Positions 13,506-23,255 of a stretch of DNA of 64,000 bases are shown here, in pieces. Source of the stretch: Torpedo marmorata (taxonomy: Eukaryota); contig OZ360232.1 in the NCBI GenBank assembly GCA_977017645.1, positions 28,458,001 to 28,522,000 on the forward strand, written 5' to 3'. The notes under the pieces are model-generated. The model was not told the DNA's origin. It worked only from the letters and a program-made list of their open reading frames with translations, and did not search any database. The position numbers were made by a program, and so were the translations under genes. Positions within the stretch are counted from its first letter, which is position 1; every line of letters starts with the position of its first letter.

Positions 13506-14424
13506 GAGCCTTCTTTGTGATTGCATCAACGTGGATGCTCCAGGACAGATCCTCGGAGATGTTGACACCCAGGAATTTGAAGTTCTTGAGCCTCTCCATG
13601 ACTGAGCCCTCGATAAGGACTGGGTCGTGTTCCCCTGACTTCCTCCTGAAGTCCACAATCATCTCCTTGGTTTTGCTGACATTGAGCTCAAGGTTATTGC
13701 CATTACACCATTCAACGAGCTGATCTATCTCCCTCCTGTACGCTTCCTCATTGCCGTTTGTGATTCTGCCGACAATTGTGGTGTCATCGGCAAACTTGTA
13801 GATGGCATTGGAATTGTGCCTGGCCACACAGTCATGGGTGTATAACGAGTAGAGCAGTGGACTAAGCACGCATCCTTGGGGTGCGCCTGTGTTGATAATC
13901 AGTGAGGAGGAGACGTTGTTTCCAATTCGTACTGACTGTGGTCTTCCGATGAGAAAGTCAAGGATCCAGTTGCAGAGGGGAGTACAGAGGCCTAGAGTTT
14001 GTAGTTTCTTGACCAGCATTGAGGGAATAATGGTATTGAAGGCCGAGCTGTAGTCGATGAAGAGCAGCCGTATGTATGAATTGCTGTTTTCGAGGTGATC
14101 CAGAGCTGAGTGGAGAGCCAGCGATATTGCATCTGCTGTGGAGCGATTGTGACGATAGGTGAATTGCAGTGGGTCCAGATCTTTGCTTAGGTATGTGTTA
14201 ATTCTGGCCATGACCAGCCTCTCAAAGCATTTCATCACAGTAGAAGTTAGTGCTACTGGGCAGTAGTCGTTGAGGCAGCCCACACTACTCTTCTTGGGTA
14301 CCGGGATGATTGATGCCCTTTTGAAGCAGGTGGGAACCTCTGACTGCCGCAATGAGAGGTTGAAAATGTCCGTGAACACTCCGGCTAGTTGGTTGGCGCA
14401 GATTTTCAGTACCCTGCCAGGTAC
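13506..14424 (-). mobile_element. Rex1/Babar-like LINE RT fragment
   Basis: [43 protein letters not shown] motifs; near-identical to 22420-23255. Confidence 0.88.
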
Positions 14425-14503
14425 GCAATGTGTAAGTGTGCTGAGTGCCTTCTGTCTGCGACTCCCGCGAAGTTTAAATGGCCCGTTCTCTGGCTGTTTA
14501 AAC

Positions 14504-14590
14504 TCCCGCGGTGTTGTTGTAGTACTTGCGTGAGCTGTTTAAAGGTCCCGCGGTGTTGTTGTAGTACTTGCGTGAGCTGTTTAAAGGTCC
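14504..14590. repeat. Perfect 42-bp tandem duplication within an unassigned CpG-containing segment (14428-14618)
   Basis: TCCCGCGGTGTTGTTGTAGTACTTGCGTGAGCTGTTTAAAGG x2. Confidence 0.9.
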
Positions 14591-15051
14591 TGCGGCCCGA
14601 CGGAGACTACCTCTTCTACCATACAGCCCCCTTTTACTGGAACGTTCTCTCCAGTGTAGCCTGTCACTTTTAATTTCACAGGATAAATGTTGCTCTTCAC
14701 GGTGAGGGTCTTCTAATTGTCCATAGATAACAGATTCATCTGGGCTCCAGTGTCAAACTTAAATGGAATTACTGTCTCATTCACAGTCACTGGAACGATC
14801 CATTCCGTTTTGACAGCATCAGTCTGAAGTGAATCCACGAAGAATTCTTCTATTTCTTCGTCCACTGTGTGCACCTTTCTTTTGTTATCCCCTGCTTTGC
14901 AGCACTTTGAAAAATGATTCTTCTTCCCACATTTATAGCAGGACTTTCCACAGGCAGGACACATCTTTGGAATATGTCTACCTCAGCACCTGTTGCATTT
15001 GCTGTTTGAGCTTACCACTTTGCTTTGTTGTTGCTTTGGGAAACTCCCGGT

Positions 15052-15714
15052 CCAGTCCTCATCGAGGGCTCAGTAGTGGAGAGGGTCAAGAACTTCAAAT
15101 TCCTGGGTGTCAACATCTCCGAGGTTCTGTCCTGGAGCATCCACGTTGATGCAATCACAAAGAAGGCTCGTCAGCGGCTATACTTTGTGAAGTGTCTGCG
15201 GAGATTCGGTATGTCAGCGAAGACTCTCATAAACTTCTACAGGTGTACCGTGGAGAGCATTCTGGCTGGTTGCATCACTGCCTGGTATGGAGGCACCAAC
15301 TCTCAGGACAAGAGTAAACTCCAGAAGGTTGTTAACTCGGCCTGTGACATCACAGGCACCAAACTTCACTCCATCGAGGACATCTACATGAGGCGGTGTC
15401 TTAAAAAAGCAGCCTCTATCCTCAAAGACTCCCACCACCCAGGCCATGCCCTCTGCTTCCATCGGGAAAAAGGTACAGGAGCCTAAAGACGAGCACTCAA
15501 CGGCACAAGGACAGCTTCTTCCCAGCTGCAATCAGATTCCTGAATAATCAATGAACCAAAGACACTGCCTTACTTTTCATGCACTATTATTTATAATTTT
15601 TTATAGTAATGTCGTAAGATGGTTAATATGAATGTTAATTGCACTATGATGCTGCCGCAAAACACCGAATTTCATGACTTGTTCATGACAATAAATTCTG
15701 ATTCTGATCTGATT
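15052..15714 (+). mobile_element. Rex1-like LINE 3' fragment inserted in Gypsy B gag
   Basis: [19 protein letters not shown] motif, (TTCTGA)n tail, possible TSD CTCCYGGT. Confidence 0.85.
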
Positions 15715-16775
15715 CTCCTGGTGCTCTGCTTATCTGTTTTCATCGCATGCACTGTTGTGTCTATCTTGTGCAGCTCCTTAGCTTGTGGTCGTGTGGTCTC
15801 TGCTGTCTTACACAAATTCACAGCCTTTTCCAGAGTCAAATCTTTTTCATGCAACAGTCTTTCTCTAAGTCCATTATCTGGGATTCCGCAAACTATTCTG
15901 TCTTTTATGAGTGATTTTTTCAAATCTCCAAATTCACAGGACTTACTCAGTGTGTGAAGCTCTGCTAAGTATTGGTCAAAGCCACTTACCTTGTTTCTGG
16001 TCACAGGAGAGAAACTTGAATCTCTCAAATGTGACGTTTTTACTTGGAACAAAATAATCCTCAAATTTTGTCATCAGAGTGTCCAACGTGAAAGCTGTCT
16101 CATCAATTTCAAAATTGTTATAGATATCCAAGGCATCTTCACCCATCACGTGCAGAAACATAGATGCTTTCCGTTTTCCATCGGTCTCTCCCATTCCACC
16201 ACTACTAAATAAATTTTGAATCGCTGTTTTAAGCATTTCCAATTATCAGCTAGATTGCCGGTAAATTGCATCGCTGTGGGAGGACTTAACTTATCCATGC
16301 TTACAAACTATTGTCTTATCTTACTCACTCAGACACTTCTGACACCATGTTATGCTTGTTCTTTCAAGATGAACGATTTTTCGTGGGTTTAACACTTAAC
16401 CGACTTTATTTTCCTTGAGCTGCTTCCACCGACTTCCAACCGACTCCCGTCATATGTCCTTCCGGTTTCCGCCCAACCGCATGCATTGCATGCTGGGAAA
16501 TGTAGTTCTTAATTACACACATAGTAACACACTCATATTTGTAGCAACCACGAACATCCTATTGTGGCGGTTGCATACCTACCTTCGTCGGGAGGAGAGT
16601 GAGAGTGTCAGGATCACTTGTGTGGCAGTGAGCCAATGAGAAGGTCAGAGGAGTTTAGCTGAGTGGTGTTTGGGGAGTTGAAGAATGCCATGTTTTGTCT
16701 AGTGAATAATGAAAAAAAGTCGACTTTATGGTGTGCTGAAAGAAATGAGTGAGTGTATCCTTTATCTTTTTGTAG

Positions 16776-17717
16776 TGTTACAAATTCAAACCAGCAACGA
16801 CAGAAGACGCAATGCAAAAGGGGTAAAATTGAAATTTATATTTATTAAATACAATTAAACATATAATTTCACAACAATTAACCCCACTATAAACATCTAT
16901 AAACACTATTCTTATCTAAAAGGTGTGTATGTGTGTGTGTAAAGCCCAGACCATTACAGTCTGTGCCCAAACCTCATGTAAAAATGGAAAAACTTTCCCC
17001 AAAAACCCAAGGTCAGTCATAAAAACAAGTCAGTCAAAAAAAAATAATACAGTCCACAAAAATTCACTCTCTAAGTTCAGGTTCCAAATTCAGCTCTGTG
17101 TGCTGGTAGAAGGACTTCTTAATGAACGTTGGAGAGAGACAATGACTGTTTATGCTTACGAATACTTGGCTTGCTTTTCTTCTCTGATGATGTTCCCTTT
17201 TTGTGTTTTCATAAGGATTGCGAATTCAGATCCGTTTTGGATGAAGGCATATACTTGGATTTCACAGCCGGTTCCTCACAAAAGCTGTTCTCACAACTCA
17301 GGATTCTGCCGAATCATCAGGCCTTGTTTTTCTCCCAGCCTTTTTCCTGGGATGCACAAGCCTGGACTTTTCTGATTCAAGAGACTCTGTGCAATTCTCC
17401 CCATTTCTTCTCTGGGATGCACAGGCCTGGATCCTACTGAGTTCTCCCGCCTTTTCACTCCAAAACTGCTACTGAGTTAATTTCCACTTTAGGCCTTACA
17501 ATAGAGAGAGAGAGTTTCTCTCCAGCCTGTTTCGTCCAAAGTTTTTTTCCAAGTGTGCTTTTCACAGTTTGTCTCCCCCTGATGTCTCTCTCTGGTAAAT
17601 ACAAGAAGTCCTGAGCAAGTTAACTCTTTCAGTACCAGGTCCCAGTGTATACTCCAAAAGACTTCATCCTTCCTGCTTACCGTCCGCAGTCCAAATTGTC
17701 AGTCATGGTCCATAACA
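16776..17717. mobile_element. Solo LTR (~940 bp) inserted in the 5' LTR of Gypsy A
   Basis: TGTTA...TAACA termini and exact TSD GTAG (16772-16775, 17718-17721); absent from the other two LTR-A copies. Confidence 0.88.
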
Positions 17718-17785
17718 GTAGGCTGTGACAAATCAGTGCCGTTACAAGTGGTGACCCCGTGAGTTCACAGTACCTCTCATTTAAA

Positions 17786-18646
17786 ATGGATAGTGATGAG
17801 GATAAACCCCTTACAGGAGCAGTTGGGGAGGTCAAACTAAAGATTCTTCCCCTTTTTATTAATAATGTACCAGCATGGTTCATGATCCTCGAAGTGCATT
17901 TCTCTGCCCTCAGTGTGATGAGTCAGAAGATGAAGTATGGTTTGCTTGTGGCGCATCTTCCAGAGCATATTGCCTGTGAAGTGGAGGATGTCTTAGTGGA
18001 TCAGGATGGTAATCTCCCTTACGACATGCTTAAGGCGGCTATTCTGCGGCGTACTCAGCCATCTAGGGAGACTCTTATTGCCCAATTACTAGCTGATGAC
18101 AGCCTAGGCCATAGGCAACCGTCACAGATGTTGAGGAGGTGGTGCAGGCAAGCTGGAACAGACCCTGTCGAAGGCAATTTTTGGAAACAAAGGTTCCTTC
18201 GATGTTTACCTCGTCATGTTCAAGAGCATTCGGTGAGTGTCTTTCAAATGTCCACCCTCGATCAGTTGGCAGATCATGACAACCTCGTTATGTCCACGAG
18301 CTCTGCATTGAAGATAGAAGGATTGGCTTCTTCCCCGAGTCAACAGGAGCAAATGGAACTGGAACAACTGCTTACTGCGCCTTGTGAAACGCCAGCAACT
18401 TATCAATCGAAGATAACTGAGTTGGAGCAGCAAATGGAAGCACTGACTATGCAGGTCCAGGCTTTGGGCACGTAACGGAATTCCTTCTGTCGACCTGGTT
18501 GGAATCGTGGTGGTCGAGGACGTGGTGGAGGCGACGAGCGGCGTATTTGTTGGAAGCATCGGAGATTTGGTGCTGCTGCCTGGTCCTGTCAGCCACCTTG
18601 CGACTTCTACAAATGGCAGCCGGATAACGACCAGGTACAGCAGTAG
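17786..18646 (+). pseudogene. gag: Gypsy gag with a single premature stop (18473-18475) and C-terminal zinc knuckle
   Basis: The frame continues past the TAA into RGGRGRGGG..CWKHRRFGAAAWSCQPPCDF to a TAG ending at 18646. Confidence 0.85.
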
Positions 18647-20363
18647 AGGCAACTACTGCCATCGATTTCACCACCATGGCTCGTGCACAGCACACTGATC
18701 CCGATCTCATCTGGTATCGCCGGATGCTGATGCTGTTCGCAAACCACTTCAGCCCGTTTACGATGGTCCTTTTCAGGTCTTGAGATGCCACCCGAAGACC
18801 TTTGTGATCGACAGGAATGGAAAAGCTGACACAGTTTCCATCGACAGGTTGAAGCCAGCATATATCGACGATCCATGTTCTGCGTCGAAGCCAGAGTCAG
18901 AGGGCCAGTCGCACCCTTGCCAGTCGGACCGTGCATCGCCTGTCTTGCACTATCGTATGAGGTCAGGCCAAACTGTCAGCCCTCCGGACCGTTATGTAGT
19001 AGGACAGTTCCAATCGGTCGCCTCCTTGCGTGGCTTGGAGGCTGAGGGGGAGGTTGTCGCGGTCGCGTACTTACCTTCGTCGGGAGGAGAGTGAGAATGT
19101 CAGGATCACCCGTGTGCCAGTGAGCCAATGAGAAGGTCAGAGCAGTTTAGCTGGGTGGTGTTTGGGGAGTTGAAGAATGCAATGTTGTGTCAAGTGAATA
19201 ACAAAAAAGAAAAGTCGACTTCATGGTGTGCTGAAAGAAACGGGTGAGTGTATTCTTTATTTGTTTGTAGGCTGTGGCAAATCAGTGCTGTTACACTGTC
19301 TCTGTTCTGGCCCATTTTATGTTCTGACATTTATTTTGCAGACAAATCATACAAAAAATGGTAATTTACTGCATTTTGATACAAATAAAATAAATAACAA
19401 CCATTACATTTTTTTTTATCGTAGCCTGTGTTACTGTGGGTACAAAAAATTGACGGGCATCATTAGAGTTAGGCTTGGCACAGTGAACTTATTCAAATTC
19501 TGTTGCATCCTTTTCAGAAGTTAGAAGTTAATAATGTGCAAATGCAACAAATGTAAAGGATCAGAAAGAATCTTGAAATCAAGTTTTAGTGAGGAATGTA
19601 TAATAACTGTATATAAGAGCAAAACAGGCCTGACGAGAGTGAAGTGATCAACAAAACCATCATCCTAAAGGAAAAAGCCTTCCGTTGTTATCTGTCACTG
19701 TTTGAAAGATCAAACATTATGGTGACATTTGTAGTAATGCCTTTTTCTCACCAGAGTAAAATGAAGAGTTTGTCAAGAACAAAGAAAAAAATGCATATTT
19801 AATAGCGATTTCACTGAGGGTGGAATTATTTTGGGTAAATGATGAGCTGACAACACTTCAAACGTTCACATGGTAAGTTTGCTATGACTCCAAGAGGCAG
19901 CAACTGATTCTGTCTGCAATTCTTCAGAGTACAAATTGTCAAATTTCAGATTATATTCTGGGGGTGGTCAGGGAAGTTGTGTGGGAGGTGGGGAGGATAG
20001 GGTGGAATAGAGGAGGAAAAGTTGCTGGTTTAAGGGTTGGTGTGCGCAGTGTGGGTGTTGGAAAAAGAGGAATGTAAAAAGAAACATCTTCCGATTTAGA
20101 ATTGAGGAGGAGGAAATATGTCAAAAGAAACAGACTGAGGATTTGGTGATTTATACAAAGTAAATTGAAAAGATCAGCCCTAAAACATGTTAAATATTGG
20201 CAGCAGGAATAAGTTCAGAAGGTGATAATGAGTGGACAATCTTCAGCCGTCAGACCTGTTTTACTCGTTTACAGGATATGTCACCAACAATCCTGCCATT
20301 TTTTGTTCATACTTAATTGATGTTAAACTGAGGAAACAGTTAAGAGTCAATCATACTGGCAAT

Positions 20364-20405
20364 GAACAGTGAGACCATGTGTGGGAACAGTGAGACCATG
20401 TGTGG
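20364..20405. repeat. 21-bp tandem duplication
   Basis: GAACAGTGAGACCATGTGTGG x2. Confidence 0.85.
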
Positions 20406-20567
20406 ATGCCTGTAGGACATTCATGAACTGGATTTCTTTTTACTTTTTGTGTCTGTTGACTAATTCTATTTTCCATCAGGAAGCAGAAAAAGGCCTGAAG
20501 AAAGCTTGTGGGGGAATGGTAACTTTGAATATGCAATGTTTCGGTGAATGGGAACATTAGCAGTGAT

Positions 20568-20813
20568 GTGAAACACGGAAGTCTGCAGACGCTGTGATTG
20601 AAGTAAAACCACACAGTAAGTGTTGGAGGAACTCAGCTGGTCTCGCAGCGCCCATAGGAGGTAAAGATATTACCGATGTTTCGTACCTGAGCCCTTCTTC
20701 AGGTATCAGGACCTTGAAGAAGGGCTCTGTCCCGAAACTTTGGTAATAAATTTTTACCTCCTTTGGACACTGCAAGACCGGCTGAGTTCCTCCAGCATTA
20801 ACTGTGTGCTTTT
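20568..20813. mobile_element. Palindromic Penelope terminal-repeat insertion
   Basis: Two inverted copies of the PLE terminal repeat; 14-bp TSD ACATTAGCAGTGAT (20554-20567, 20814-20827). Confidence 0.88.
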
Positions 20814-21426
20814 ACATTAGCAGTGATATTCAGTTATTTTAAACCAGCAGTCAAAGATGAGTTAAACTCCTGCAGAATTTTAGAAAGAGAGTTTAAAATG
20901 TTATGTATTAATTTTACAAGCCATTCTGCCACATGGAATGGCTGATGACATTAGTGCGGGATTGTAGCAATATATGCAGTGTTTCACTCTGCTGTTTGAT
21001 GGGTGACACAAGGATTTATTATTGCATTTTATTTTACAACCTCTTAGGCTTGGTTCCCACTTATTGCTTCAGGATATGTATATGAGGCATCATACAACCA
21101 AAATGGTCACTCTTGGCCAACGTGTATTTCGAACATCCACACTATAAAAGGGAATACTGGATGAGATATAGTTTATCCATTGAATAAAACACTTTTTTTC
21201 ATGACATCTGTTATTATTATATTGATGATGCTTCAGGATATTGTTTTGTTAGAGTTATTATTCATTTCTATAATTATGAAGTAATATATATGTTTATTTT
21301 TTAAAATATTTTATTTAAAATTTTAAATCACTCGATAATACATATAATAAAATGCAAAATTATCAAAGTACGTGATATATTTTCACCCCCCTCCCTCCCT
21401 CCCCTCCCTAACCCTCCCACCCCTAC

Positions 21427-21595
21427 NNNNNNNNNNNNNNNNNNNNNNNNNNNNNNNNNNNNNNNNNNNNNNNNNNNNNNNNNNNNNNNNNNNNNNNNNN
21501 NNNNNNNNNNNNNNNNNNNNNNNNNNNNNNNNNNNNNNNNNNNNNNNNNNNNNNNNNNNNNNNNNNNNNNNNNNNNNNNNNNNNNNNNNNNNNNN
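21427..21595. other. Assembly gap (N run)
   Basis: Run of n characters. Confidence 1.
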
Positions 21596-21859
21596 AATCT
21601 AAAAAAGAACAACTATAAGCTAATTTTATTGTTGAACATAGGTTCGCCAGTCAGATCTGATATCCAGAGATCTTCAAATCCTTAAACCGACAATTTGTAT
21701 ATATGGGCTCCATATTTTCAAAAAGAAATGATACTTGTTACGTAAATTATAAGTAATTTTTTCAAGTGGTATAGCTGAACAAAGTTCTGCATGCCATCTC
21801 TCTAACCCTAAATCTACATCAGACTTCCATGTAATAGCAATGCATTTCTTAGAAACAGC

Positions 21860-23255
21860 TCAGAATCAGAATCAGAATCAGAATTTTATTGTCATGAACA
21901 AGTCATGAAATTCGGTGTTTTGCGGCAGCATCATAGTGCAATTAACATTCATATTAACCATCTAACGACATTACTATAAAAGATTATAAACAATAGTGCA
22001 CGAAAAGTAAGGCAGTGTCTGGTTCATTGATTATTCAGGAATATGATGGCAGCGGGGAAGAAGCTGACCTTGTGCCGTTGAGTGCTCGTCTTTAGGCTCC
22101 TGTACCTTTTTCCCGATGGAAGCAGTGAAGAGGGCATGGGCTGGGTGGTGGGGGTCTTTGAGGATAGAGGCTGCTTTTTTAAGACACCGCCTCATGTAGA
22201 TGTCCTCGATGGAGTGAAGCTTGGTGCCTGTGATGTCACAGGCCGAGTTAACAACCCTCTGGAGTTTGCTCTTGTCCTGGGAGTTGGCGCCTCCATACCA
22301 GGCAGTGATGCAACCAGCCAGAATGCTCTCCACGGTACACCTGTAGAAGTTTACGAGAGTCTTTGGTGACATACCAAATCTCCACAGACACCTCACAAAG
22401 TATAGCCGCTGACGAGCCTTCTTTGTGATTGCATCAACGTAGATGCTCCAGGACAGATCCTCGGAGATGTTGACACCCAGGAATTTGAAGTTCTTGACCC
22501 TCTCCATGACTGAGCCCTCGATGAGGACTGGGTCGTGTTCCCCTGACTTCCTCCTGAAGTCCACAATCATCTCCTTGGTTTTGCTGATGTTGAGCTCAAG
22601 GCTGTTGCCATTACACCATTCAACGAGCTGATCTATCTCCCTCCTGTATGCTTCCTCATTGCTGTTTGTGATTCTGCTGACAACTGTGGTGTCATCGGCA
22701 AACTTGTAGATGGCATTGGAATTGCGCCTGGCCACACAGTCATGGGTGTATAACGAGTAGAGCAGTGGACTAAGCACGCATCCTTGGGGTGCGCCTGTGT
22801 TGATAATCAGTGAGGAGGAGACGTTGTTTCCAATTCGTACTGACTGTGGTCTTCCGATGAGAAAGTCAAGGATCCAGTTGCAGAGTGGGGTACAGAGGCC
22901 TAGAGTTTGTAGTTTCTTGACCAGCACTGAGGGAATAATGGTATTGAAGGCCGAGCTGTAGTCGATGAAGAGCAGCCGTATGTATGAATTACTGTTTTCG
23001 AGGTGATCCAGAGCTGAGTGGAGAGCCAGCGATATTGCATCTGCTGTGGAGCGATTGTGGCGATAGGCGAATTGCAGTGGGTCCAGATCTTTGCTTAGGT
23101 ATGTGTTAATTCTGGCCATGACCAGCCTCTCAAAGCATTTCATCACAGTAGAAGTTAGTGCTACTGGGCGGTAGTCGTTGAGGCAGCCCACACTACTCTT
23201 CTTGGGTACTGGGATGATTGATGCCGTTTTGAAGCAGGTGGGAACCTCTGACTGC
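21860..23255 (-). mobile_element. Rex1/Babar-like LINE 3' portion with open RT frame
   Basis: 386-aa ORF 22031-23191 with RT motifs; (TTCTGA)n tail. Confidence 0.92.

Larger units (their letters stand above)
4341..16531 (-). mobile_element. Gypsy LTR retrotransposon 'B' (gag-pro retained, RT/RH/INT absent, host-mRNA cargo, heavily nested)
   Basis: 5' LTR 16348-16529; tRNA-Leu-type PBS TGGTGTCAGAAGTG 16334-16347; gag with Cys/His knuckles and protease FDTGAQ at about 14620-16298; PPT AAAGTGGAAAGA; 3' LTR 11646-11821 with its last bases (TGTTA on +) displaced to 4341-4345 by a CR1 insertion; CTCAT on both outer flanks (4336-4340 and 16532-16536, the latter offset by 2 nt). Confidence 0.8.
16563..19295 (+). 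mobile_element. Gypsy LTR element 'A', non-autonomous (gag retained, pol almost entirely deleted)
   Basis: 5' LTR 16563-17746 (interrupted); PBS TGGTGACCCCG 17749-17759 (tRNA-Trp type); integrase tail YDGPFQVL..TVSIDRLKPAY; PPT GAGGGGGAGG; 3' LTR 19055-19295. Confidence 0.92.

Noticed and set aside
14504-14590. CRISPR-like array (also 20364-20405 and 36145-36225)
   Set aside because: Adjacent tandem units without unique spacers, in eukaryotic DNA with no cas genes.
13506-15714. Two opposite Rex1-like pieces as one inverted insertion
   Set aside because: They overlap by about 130 bp of family sequence, no enclosing TSD is visible, and the right-hand piece has its own candidate TSD.
16559-19299. 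Exact TSD for Gypsy A
   Set aside because: Flanks are CTAT and CTGT; one mismatch in four bases is too weak to assert.
21328-21612. ORFs containing X runs
   Set aside because: Artefacts of the N gap.
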